A stretch of 64,000 nt of DNA. Origin: Paraspadella gotoi (Eukaryota; Animalia; Chaetognatha). A model generated the notes under the pieces. The model saw only the letters and a program-made list of their open reading frames with translations, was not told where the DNA came from and did no database searches. The DNA is taken from NCBI GenBank assembly GCA_051294375.1, contig CM119268.1, positions 231,437-295,436 of the forward strand, given 5' to 3'. Numbering within the stretch: position 1 is the stretch's first letter; each line of letters opens with the position of its first letter. Shown piece by piece: positions 52,738-64,000 of this stretch. The position numbers and the translations under genes are program-made.

Positions 52738-52925
52738 ATTATTGTTATGTGTTAGTGACAGAACCGTTCAATATAAGCAGTCCCTGAGCTTCGGATCAGG
52801 CTGTAACACCATGTTACAGGCGGGTTAAGCGCCCCGTCCCTCTTAACTGCTAGGCAACCACCGGGCTAGAACCCCGGACCTTTGGGTTGGGAGGCGAATG
52901 ACTTGCCTCCGGCACCAATGGCCGC
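52738..52925 (-). mobile_element. tRNA(Gly)-derived SINE
   Basis: Minus strand GCGGCCATTGGTGCCGGAGG...TTCGCCTCCCAACCCAAAGGTCCGGGGTTCTAGCCCGG: A box, CCC anticodon-like loop, B box, then a non-tRNA body and an AAT-type tail. Confidence 0.65.
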
Positions 52926-53104
52926 TGAAGAAAGGTTGTTGAATTTTAGTCCACCATAATAATAATTTAATTTGGTTATAATAAATAAATAAATAAATAA
53001 AGGACGAAATAATTTTATTGCAGACTGTTTCATATTGTAAAAAAATGTTAAATTTTGGCCCGCCTTTATAAATATTGTTTGGAAGGTGTCACTTAGGGAG
53101 AGTA

Positions 53105-53410
53105 TCAGCTTAAGATGCAGAAAGAATCAGTTTAAGATGCAGAAAGAATCAGTTTAAGATACAGAAAGAATATTTTTGATATCGAGAGATATAAATAGTT
53201 TGAGATAGAGAAGGCAACTGTTTGAGATGGAGATGGTATCAGTTTGAGATGGAGATAGTATCAGTTAGAGATGGAGATGGCATCAGTTTGAGATTGAGAT
53301 AGCATCAGTATGAGATGGAGATGGTATCAGTTTGAGATGGAGATGGCATCAGCTTGAGATGGAGATGGCATTAGTTTGAGATGGAGATGGTATCAGTTTG
53401 AGATGGAGAT
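53105..53410. repeat. 21-23-bp tandem repeats (atcagtttaagatgcagaaaga; gagatggagatggtatcagttt)
   Basis: Directly visible. Confidence 0.9.
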
Positions 53411-53577
53411 GGCGGTGGCGGCGACAGCGGTAGCGGTGGCGGCGACAGCGGTAGCGGTGGCGGCGGCGCCGGCGGTGGAGTCGTTGATGCGAAAGAAACG
53501 AATGTCCGAAGGCGACTCAGTGCAAATGGGCCGAAGGGAGAACGAGACGAGAATTATGGCCGAGGATAGGGAATGTA

Positions 53578-53664
53578 TAGAGTAAGAGTTAGAATGTGAG
53601 TTAGAGTTAGAGTTAGAGTTAGAGTAAGAGTAAGGGTTAGAGTTAGGGTTAGGGTTAGGGGTTA
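53578..53664 (+). repeat. Hexamer array grading from (GAGTAA/GAGTTA)n into interstitial (TTAGGG)n
   Basis: gagttagagttag...gagttagggttagggttagggg. Confidence 0.8.
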
Positions 53665-54972
53665 ACGGAGAAAAGACATAGATTTTAAGTTGAGGCAAGA
53701 CTGTTCAGCTCCATCGAAAGGGATAAATGTTTTGTTTTTTTCAAAGTTAATAAACTAATAAATATAAATTGAGTGCATATATTGTAGACACTTTTGGCCA
53801 TGTTATATCTATCAATGTAGTTGTAGTTCCACCAATAAGATATGACGATTGAAGATATTTATCAGAGAGTCCAATCGCAGGGAAAGCATATCGTCGGATT
53901 CGAATTCATTTGTTTCAATTGATTCATGAATACATTTTGTATTCCAGTTAAAAGTTTTTCTCTACTTGATAATATATTCTTTACATTAAGAGAAGATAAG
54001 TAAAAACATGAAGAACCAGTGGCTGCGCCAATACATATAAATCGCTTTCAAGGGCTTAAGCTGAACTGTTACTGTGGTACTAATATTTTTTTCAACTTGC
54101 ATCATTTAGGAACAAAAACCCTTTAAGGTAAGGAGGATTAAAGAAGAAAAAGTAGTAATGAATCTTAAATAGAATATTCTTGAATAGCATAGTCATTGTC
54201 AGTTTGTGCGGGGTGAAGTATTGAAGGATTCGAATCTCCAACAGTTCTGTCGAAAGTTACAGTGAAAAAAATAAACGCAACTCACAACAGAACCACCAGG
54301 GCTCAAACNNNNNNNNNNNNNNNNNNNNNNNNNNNNNNNNNNNNNNNNNNNNNNNNNNNNNNNNNNNNNNNNNNNNNNNNNNNNNNNNNNNNNNNNNNNN
54401 NNNNNNNNACCTCTCGCCTTCTTTTCGGCCAAACTCTTCGACAGCCAAAGGAAGTGGCTTACAGCAGATTCCGGCTCTAAAATTTTCTTTGTCGGTCCGT
54501 CGGTCAGAATTGAATTATTATAAATTATGTCCGATTCAATCAAAAATTAATTAACTTATTAATATTTTTAAAATATGTAAATATTTAATTAATTAATTAA
54601 TTAGGTGCTCACCGCTAATGATCGTGGGCAGATCCGGCATTATTTGATTAAACTTGTTTCAAATTAAATTCTGTTTCAGTTTTTTTTTTCGTTTTTTGTT
54701 CCTTCGATTGTGAAAAACCAGACGCAGTGAAAAATCACAAATCACGGAAATAACGAGTTGCGTAACTGAAGTTGGAATCAAATGAAAACAATAAATTAGA
54801 AAAAAANNNNNNNNNNNNNNNNNNNNNNNNNGGAGGGAGAGAGAAGAGAAGAGTATGAGCAGAGACGAAGGAGAGCGATGAAGATAGATGAAAAACGACG
54901 GTATCTTCCTCTCTCCTTCCTTTCCCTTCCCGAGACAACGCGAATCATCTCTCAAGAGAATTACTCTCTCTA

Positions 54973-55003
<31 letters not shown>

Positions 55004-55822
55004 GTCCTCTCTGATTATTTCCCGCCGCTCCAAGTACTAGAAGTTTAACCCACCATATTTTAATTTTTTGGTGACTCGAATCTTCCGATGAAATAATCTA
55101 CGCCCTAAACATTTTTGCACTAATGACGGTATTTTTGTCCATATTATACAATAGTTGACTCAGGTAAGAGATATGTTTTTGAGTTTTGAACCGAATTATT
55201 AGTAATTAAAATTATGAGAATTTATATTTTGTTGAAATTCTACTTGTCACGAGACAAATGTTTAAAATAGGAAAGGGAATTCTTTTTTTGACTTTTTTAT
55301 TTCATATTTCTATTTTTTTACTTTTTTTTCTTTATTAAATTTCTCCTTAAAACTTTTCTTCCTTTCTCAATCTTTTTTTTTTTTCCCTTTTTTAGTTTCT
55401 TTTTTATCTTCATTTCCTTCTTTATCTCCTTTTTTCTCTTTTCCCACGATTTCTATCATAATCTTTTCAGCTCCGTTTAACAGGAAATGGATACATATCC
55501 ATTCTACTAACAGGGTCTTCTACTAAAAGGTCTTCTACTAACAGGGTCTCTACTAGCAGGGTCCTGTTTATGATATTATGTTGTAAGTATGATGGAGGCC
55601 TTAAACCACCATTAACACGCTCCAAAGTCGGGGCAAAAAGCTTATTTATTTAAATTAAAGGCTAATTTTTTATCGGATGTACCAATTTCATAGGCTAATT
55701 ATTTCATAATATACCATCACATTCAAAGAAAGTATTTTTTTCCAAAGGCTTAGATGAAAAGAGTGACTGAACCGACTTAAAAAGGTTTGAGGCACAACTA
55801 TAAAAGGAAGTTGAAAGAATAA

Positions 55823-55855
<33 letters not shown>

Positions 55856-56309
55856 TATATGATAAATAATATAATATAATAATAATATAGTAATAATAAT
55901 AAAATATAGGGAGAGAGAAAGGAATGATAACAACATGGTGGGAAAAAGGAAAGGAGGAAATAGGAAATGGGGAAAATAAGGAAAGGAGGGATATAAGGAA
56001 AGGGAGAAATAAGAAAAGAGGGGGAAATAATGAAAGGCGGGAAATAAGTAAAGGGGGAAAAAAGAAAGGGGAGAAAAAGGAAAGGGGAAAATGGGAAAGG
56101 GGGGATAAGGAAGGGGATATAAGGAAAGTGGGAAATAAGGAAAGGGGGGAATTAAAAAAGGAGAGAAATAAGTAGGGAGATAAAGAAAGGGGCTCAATAA
56201 AAAAAAAAGTGATACATGGAAATCCTTACTCGACAGCGGAACCATCTGCAATGAAGAGGAGGAGAGGAGGAGGAGGAGGAACAATATTAGAGAGAGAAAG
56301 AGCAGGTGG

Positions 56310-56912
56310 GCGTTGCAAAAATGGCAGATTGGCTCTCTTTTCAAAAAACGACTGCATCTCAATGGCAGATTGGCTCTCACCTTTTCCAAAAACACCACAT
56401 CTAAAATGGCAGGATTGACTCACTTTTCCAAAAAACGCTGCATATCAAATGGCAGATTGGCTCACTTTTCCAAAAAACGCCGCATATCTTATATGGCACA
56501 TTGGCTTGCTTTTCCAAAAACGCATCATCTCAGTTGCAGATTGGCTCAATTTTCCAAAAACGCTGCATCTCAAATGGTAATGGCTTTTTTTCAAAAAACG
56601 CCACATCTCTAATGGAAGGTTTTACTTTTTTCCCCAAAAAAGGTGCTTCAATGGCATGGTCTCTTTTCCAAAAATGCGCATCTTAAATGGCAGATTGGCT
56701 TCTTTTCCAAAAACACCGCATCTCAAATGGCAGATTGGCTCTCCTTTCCAAAAACGCCGCAAATCAAATCGGCAGATTGACTTTTTTTCCAAAAACGCTG
56801 CATCTCAAATAGCAGATTGGCTCGCTTTTTCAAAAACACTACATCCTAATGGCAGATTGGCTCTTTTTTTTCAAAAAATCACTCACATCTCTCAAATGGC
56901 AGAATTGGCTCG
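56310..56912. repeat. ~42-bp minisatellite, about 14 copies
   Basis: Repeated aatggcagattggctc / ttttccaaaaa. Confidence 0.9.
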
Positions 56913-58344
56913 CTAATTCCATAACCCTTAACGCCAACCTAATCTTTAAGCATAACATCTAACATAATTTTAAACCTAAAAACTAATTTAAGTAAAAATT
57001 GAAGAGGAAATGGATAGCTTTGGGAAATAAGGCCGATGGATTCACTTTTAAGAAAAAAGTTTTATTTCTTCGATCAAACAAAGTCGGAAGTAGAGGGAGA
57101 AGAGCGAGAGAGAGAGAAGGAGAAAAGAGTTGAATGATGTAGAGAGTTAAAGAGAAATTGATGTAGAGAGTTAAAGAGAATTTGATGCAGAGAGAAAAAG
57201 AGAAACTGATGTAGAGAGTGAAAGAGAAAAATCTTATAGAGAGTGAATAAAGAATTGAGTAAAAGTGAAAGATATGAAAGATATGAAAAAGAAAAATGAT
57301 GTAGAGAGTTAAAGAAAAATGGATATAAAGCGTGAAAGAGAAATTGATGTAGAAAGTGAAAGATATTTTGATGTAGAAAGTAAAAGAAAAATTGATTGTA
57401 AAAAGGGAGGGAGGACTTAATGTAGTCAAAGAGTAATTGATTTAGAAATGAAAAGAAAAAAGTGATGTAGCAGAATGAAAGAGAAATTGATGAAAAGAAT
57501 GATGTAGAAAAAACGACAGATTTTCAAAGGCTATTAGCTAGATTGTATGTATAATAGTATTATATTGTACAATGATTTGTGGCGGTTAGACTAGAAACGG
57601 CCACGTGCGTCTGCGTCTCTGACTTCCAATGTTTATTTTGAATGATTAAAATGTTTCAGAACAAAGTCTTTAGTTTAAAACTATTATAAAAAATCGGCGT
57701 TTTCATCCCCAAGATCGCGCTCACCACGGCACGCCGCTCTACGACTCACTCCAAGGCAAACCCAAGCGCCTCGAGTGGACGCCAGAGAGCGCCAGCGGGG
57801 CTTCGACGCCGTCATGGAGGCTCTCGCAAACTCCGCCTTCTCCGTCAACCAAGAACCGGCGCTCAAATCGCCCTGACGACAGATGCTTCCGACCACGCCA
57901 TCGGCGCCGTCCTGGAAGCAGCGCGGAGAAAAAGGATGGAACTCTCGCCTTCTTTTCGGCCAAACTCTTCGACAGCCAAAGGAAGTGGCTTACAGCAGAT
58001 TCCGGCTCTAAAAATTATCTTTGTCGGTCCGTCGGTCAGAAAATTGAATTATATAAATTATGTCCGATTTCAATCAAGAAATTAATTAACTTATTAATAT
58101 TTTAAAATATGTAAATATTTAATTAATTAATTAATTAATTAGGTGCTTACCGCTAATGATCGTGGGCAGATCCGGCATTATTTGATTAAACTTGTTTCAA
58201 AATTAAATTCTGTTTCAGTTTTTTTTTTTCGTTTTTTGTTCCTTCGATTGTGAAAAACGACGCAGTGAAAAATCACAAATCACGGAAATAACGAGTTGCG
58301 TAACTGAAGTTGGAATCAAATGAAAAAACAATAAATTTGAGAGA

Positions 58345-58426
<82 letters not shown>

Positions 58427-58602
58427 AGAGATAATATAAAAAATAAAAAGGAGAAAACAAATTTTGTAAAATAAAAATAAATTTTTTTTAGATTAAAATT
58501 CCTTCTTCGTTTCCTTGAGAAGTTTTTATGTCAAATTTTTGACATTTTTGAGGCTTTAGTTTTGACGTGCTATGATCTCTTCTCTTCTCGCTCTCTCTCT
58601 CT

Positions 58603-58636
<34 letters not shown>

Positions 58637-58733
58637 TCTCTCTCATACATGAGAACTGAAAAATATAACAAAATTAATATATGATGAAAAATATGAATAA
58701 AATCTGAGAGAAGACGATGGGAGATAGAGCAGA

Positions 58734-58779
<46 letters not shown>

Positions 58780-59241
58780 AAGAGAGAGAGAGAGAGAAAG
58801 AGAGAAAGAGAGAAAGAGAAAGGCACCCAAGCGCGGCTGTGAACGTGTGCGCCCATCAGCTAATCAGCGAGTCAGTTGTCGAAGGCCGTCAACTTCGTCA
58901 ACATCCGTTGGGAGAGAGTTTGAACCAGAGGGAGAGAAGAGAGAGAGAGAGAGAGAGAAGAGAGAGTAAGAGAGAGTTTGACCAGAACAAACTCCCCTGT
59001 CAGCGGGATGTGGTCTTCAGCGTTTTGAAGAGAGAAAAGTAACAATGAAGGAAGTAGGCGTGATGGTAAAAAAAGGATGAAAAATGTGAAAAAAAATGAA
59101 AAGAAAATAAAAAGAAGAAAAAGAGAAAGAAAGAAAAAAAAGGAAGTTTATTAAATTGTTTTGCGCCACAGTGGAACTTTCACGTTTTTTGGGTCTTGAC
59201 ATGACACACAACACTGCAATCGGAATTTCAATATTTATTTT

Positions 59242-59801
59242 AAGTCAAGATCTGCTTTCAGCAGATCCGACTCTAATAAATTTACTTTGGTCGGTACGTT
59301 GGTCGCGCCCTCAAATATTGTCCGGCACTAACTAATGTCATGTCAGAATATCAAATTATGCTATATTATGCAAAAAAACTGAACGCGAATGACCGTCCGT
59401 CCGTCTGTCTGTCTGTTCGTCCGTCCGTCTGTCCATCCGTCCGTCCGTCCGTCCATTCAACCTTAGCAAAAAATACCAATTACTCGTGATTGGATGGATG
59501 GATTTTGTATGTGGGTAGGGAGGTGTGTAATTGAGCTGTATATGAAGTTTTGATGGAATCGAAATGAATTATGGTTAAGCAATGTTCACCCAAATATATT
59601 GCTCAAATAAAAATAATATGCGTTTTCCTCATAAAATGATGTAAATCACCAATACTAATTAATTAAATAATTAACTTGAATAAATTAATTATTAATTAAA
59701 TAAATAATTAGTTAACTTGAATTAATTATTAATTAATTATTAATTAATTAATTACCGATAATGATCGTGGGCAGATCCGACATCGTTTGTTCAAACTTGT
59801 T
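59242..59801 (+). mobile_element. DINE-1/Helentron-like (HINE) element inserted in a T run, nested in another such element, absent from copy A
   Basis: 5' caagatctgctttcagcagatcc hairpin, (GTCC/GTCT)n at 59390-59455, 3' gggcagatccga...aaacttgtt. Empty site at ~30870. Related ends at ~17250-17293, 23085-23285, 54460-54660 and 57990-58196. Confidence 0.7.
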
Positions 59802-60281
59802 TTTTTATTTCTTAAAACAAAAGTTATAGCAAGCAGTCGCTCAGATTCCGAAATCAACAAAAAGCAGCTAATTTGAGTGCTTTTGAAGTTATCACGTGAC
59901 TTCACCTGTATAATGCATATTAAGGGTATTATGGTAACCAAATATGAACTATATTGATGAAGTTATTAGCAAGTTATTAGCAAGTTATTAGCATTCTGCA
60001 ACTAAAGTAGGACAGACCAATGAATAGACATACCGACTTACAANNNNNNNNNNNNNNNNNNNNNNNNNGCTTACAACCAAAACCAACTGACTGACAGACC
60101 GACGACCGACAAAGACCGAGGGCCGACAGACAGACCGACCCCTACAGAGTATCTCGTAGAGTTGCTACCGTGTTTCTCGTGGCGCAAGAAAAAAACAGAA
60201 TGAGGATTTAAAACGCGATAACTTTTTATTTTGAAAATTATAATATGTTTAATGTATATTTAAAATCTTATTGTTTTTTAA

Positions 60282-60454
60282 AAACCTTTTAACCTTCATC
60301 AGTTTAACTGAATGAAGACTCTAAAACTCAAAAGAGTCGAAAACATGTATTAACAACCAATACAATTCGTTGATAAAAACAAGTAATTGTTTTTTTTTTC
60401 TCCTAAATTTTTCAAAACGCAATGAATTGACAGTTTATACACAATGTTTTTTAA
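60282..60454 (+). mobile_element. ~170-bp Penelope-derived insertion carrying a type I minimal hammerhead ribozyme motif
   Basis: TTAA CTGA(A)TGA AGACTC-loop-GAGTC GAAA(A)C ATGTA TTAA at 60304-60353, flanked by the direct repeat tgttttttaa. Absent at the homologous site ~31315. Confidence 0.65.
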
Positions 60455-61014
60455 CCAAAAATAAATATTAAAATGAAAAAAAAAAGATAATGCATTGGCT
60501 TTTTAATTATTTGTCCATTTGTATATAAAGTCATATAATTTTAAAAGCATAAAATATATGCAAACATTAGGTAATACTGAAAAAAGAACTTAACTAATGT
60601 AATCAAATCAATCTATCATATTTTTTAAAAAACATCGCTTGGCTGCATATGTATGAATTATGGCAAAACTAAGATCATATAGATTTTTGGTAATCTATTA
60701 ACTATAAGCTAAATTAATCAGTATCATTAAAGTATTTAAGTTATAAGTATGATAGGCAAACAGATGGACCGACGCACTGAAAGTGTCTGGAAGAGGTCCG
60801 CCGCGTAAACTAAAACAAGAAGAATCGCCGCAGGCGTGACGAAAAAAAAAAAACGTGAGTGAAGGACAAGAAAATCAAACTAACTAAAACAAAGACAATT
60901 TTCTAACAAGGGCGGTGTTCCTAATACGAAGCGTGAAGCAATCACAGCTTGGGCATGAGAGAGAGAGGGAGAGAGAGAGAGAGAGAGAGAGAGACGAGAG
61001 AGAGATAATGTAAA

Positions 61015-61708
61015 TGATACAACAACCTGGACCCTGAGCATCGCGATTAAGCGGCTTATAGGGGTCTTTTCATTATAAGAGATACGTTGGACGTAACAGT
61101 CGGGACCGGTAGGTAAAAACAAAAATTTTAAAATTTACGTATTTTGGGTAATATGTTTCTTCGATACTTCCGTTGCTTCTAGAGTTGATGTTTGCTCGTT
61201 AAAACCACAATTTGAAAACTTTTTGGATCCCCGAACGCCGACAGACACAATGACAAAGTTTACGTGAACGGTCAGAAAACCGTAAAATGTAAAAAACCAA
61301 AACCAAAACAAAAAAGGTAATATGTAGATTAGATATTAAATGATCCCAATCAGGTAACTACTATGTCTAAGTGTGTTCTGGATATTTATTTTTGACACTT
61401 CGGCAAGAATTGTTTTTGGTCTGAAGAGTGGACTTTTACTGAAACTAAATCCCAAAGTTTCCTGACATTTTGGCATTGGGGATTTGTGTGTGGAATATCT
61501 CTCGGAATGAAGATATTCAATGATGTCATCTGAAGAGAATGTTGTCCGTCACCATGCTCACGATTCGTTTGCAGCGCTTTTTTTTGTTAACTTGGTGGTT
61601 TAATTTTCGACATTTGCTGCAATCCATAAAAGCAACTTTTGCCTGACGTATGTTATCGGAAGTTTAAAAAATGGTTTTCATATGCTCGGCAAAATGCAGT
61701 TTTTCTAG
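61015..61708. mobile_element. Unclassified ~690-bp insertion within a GA microsatellite, present only in copy B
   Basis: GA tracts on both sides; the homologous site at ~31815-31870 is uninterrupted. Confidence 0.5.
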
Positions 61709-64000
61709 AGAGAGAGAGAGAGAGAGAAGAGAGAGTGAGAATTATTTATATATACAAAATGATTGACGAAAAGAAAATATATACAGTGTGTCCCTATGGT
61801 ACTGTCGGTTACTTTTACATATTGTGCGGAATTCGTGTTATTAAAATGTTTATTTCTGAATAACAATGTCAAAGAATAAGTTCTTACATTTAAGATACTC
61901 TAGCTAAACATTCAATCTAAAGAGTCCTCATTTCTCCTCTCACTTTTTTAAATTTTAGATATTTTTGTGTTTATTTTAAAAATACATTTTATTTAAAAAA
62001 ATTACATAAAAAAATATTTTAAAATAGATATAATTATTAAAATTTTAATTGGTATAAATAAGTGCAATTAATAAAAACAAATAAACAACTATAAAAATGT
62101 AAAAAATTTGATAAAAAATATGCAATTAATTTGATATTTAAATTTATTATTTGAAATTGTGAGCGATTGAATTATTTAGCCAGAACAAAAGGGTTGCTAT
62201 TTATTGCAATAATTTATTATTAAATAAATTTAAAAATATTCAATAATGATACTGCATTATAAAGCTCTGGAGCTAAAAAATGAGGTACCCTTTTTACCAA
62301 TTGGCTTTATGTCATACTAACAGAGATATGACTTGTTCAATTTTTAAAATTTAACGTATCGCTATAAAATGGTCCGTACTTGTGCGCCAATATTCATTGT
62401 AATGAAATTAATGTTTTTTGATCTTTGGTATAGGAGCAGTAAAGCTTTTCTAAAACAGAACGTACCATTGGACACACTTTTATCTTAAATTTAAAACAAA
62501 TTATGGGCAGCTTTATTTTAACAAGACATGCGAATATAAATATGTAACAATCAATACAATAGCAAAAGGACAATAGAATGTAGTCGAAATATTGAGCGAT
62601 TGAACATTGTTTTTTTGGCTGGCCTGCTGTATACTGTAATTTAAATATATAATTGAGCCTTTCTTAATAAAAATTTTGCATAACATTATCATAAATTGAA
62701 TTTTGCTTTATAATATGTTTTTAATAAAAATCATAAAATTTAAAAATGATATTTTTTCTTTTATTTTAAAAACAGTTTTCTGATTGGAATGAAAAAACTA
62801 AAAAAACTTTTGTAAAAAATATATTTTATAATAATTTTTTATGTTAAACGTGCAAAAAATGATTAAAAAACTTTTCAATAATATAATAGTTTCAACTACG
62901 TAAAAATAAAAAGGGAGACAAATTTTGACCTTTTTTCTGTTTTTTGAAACGCTGAAGACATCGCATTTTTTTGATAACTGTTTTTAAATATATTGTTCTA
63001 ACATTTTATAAAGATGGAAATATGTAATAATAACTCTCCAAATATTTATTTTTAAAATATTCTATTTTAGGTAAGAATCGTAACTATTAAACTATTATAT
63101 TTTATGAATGCTTTCCCCCCAAACAAAATGAGAAAAAAATATTTTTGTAACTCGATAATCATACTATCTATCATCTCAATATCATATCAAAATCATATCA
63201 TATCATATCTACAATCTTTGTTTTGTTGCTCAAATAAAAATTTTGTTTCCAAAAGCTCCACTCGGAAGCAATGCAATACAAGCAATCCAATTGCTAGCTA
63301 TAACGCTAAATATATCATTTTTCTTTTTTGTTTTAATCTCTTGAAATTTAAAAATAAATAAACTTTTTGTAAATGTTTGATTTTTTTAGCTGTTTCTTTA
63401 TACTAATCTTGTTTTTCCCTTTACTATTTTAATGGTGTCACATCAATTCCTTTCCTACTTTTTCCCATTTTTTTTTTCTCCTGCTTCTCCTTCCCCTTCT
63501 TCTCCTCTCCCTGCCTTCCTACTCTCTTCCTTTCTTGTCTCGCTTTATCGGTCAATTTTCCCTGTCTACTTTCGCTCCTTCTACTCTTCCTCGTTCTTTC
63601 TTTTTCTCTGCTTTTTTTCTCTCAGGTCTATTCCTCCTCGCTCCTCGCCCTCCTTCCCCATCCCTTCCTCCCCTTCTCCATTTCTCTTCACCCTGCTTCC
63701 TCCTCTTTCCTCTTCTCTCTCCTTCCTTCCTTCCCCTTTTCTCTTCTCCCTGTCTTCCTTCTCCTTCCCCTCTTTTCTTCTTTCTCCCTTCCTTCCACTT
63801 CCTCTCTTTTCTTCTCCTCCCTTCCTCCCTTCCCCTCTTCTCCCTCCTTTCCTCCCCCTTCTCCTATTCTCTTCTCCTTCCCTTCCTCCCCCCCTTTCCC
63901 TCTTTTCATCTCTCCCTTCCTCCCCTTCCCCTCTTTTCATCTCCCCTCCCTTCCGTCCCCTTCCCCTTCTTCTCATCTCCTCCCTTCCCTCCCACTTCCC

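Larger units (their letters stand above)
55020..64000 (+). repeat. Copy B of the large duplication; lacks the 24.8-29.6 kb insert and the Gypsy element, carries its own insertions
   Basis: Read-through comparison with 19960-40500. Confidence 0.9.

Noticed and set aside
52855-52925. Functional tRNA-Gly gene
   Set aside because: Acceptor and D stems pair poorly, there is no terminator after the head, and it runs into a SINE-like body shared with another locus.
53636-53664. Chromosome end or telomere fusion
   Set aside because: Only about 4 TTAGGG units in one orientation, embedded in a degenerate hexamer array.

Overview
AT-rich, repeat-dense animal (probably invertebrate) genomic DNA from a gapped draft assembly. 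Many stretches carry dense 1-nt indels and abut 25-N gaps, consistent with uncorrected long-read gap filling. Two spliced host genes lie on the + strand. The first is the 3' part of a large, probably disordered protein gene (exons about 1242-3988 and 5288-6988/7028, apparently bridged by a 5-nt microexon at 4240-4244). The second is four exons of a TMEM121/CECR6-family membrane protein (8898-15381) whose last exon I could not find. The rest is mobile DNA and repeats: a frameshifted Ty3/Gypsy-like element (32.8-38.5 kb), a ~4 kb LTR element with gag-like sequence but no pol (45.4-49.3 kb), Penelope-like GIY-YIG and hammerhead remnants, tRNA-derived SINEs, DINE-1/Helentron-like elements, a possible CMC-type DNA transposon with cargo, satellites and microsatellites. 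Region ~20-40.5 kb is repeated at ~55-64 kb as a second haplotype or paralog with different insertions. I found no convincing wholly new biological system; the best leads are in the findings.
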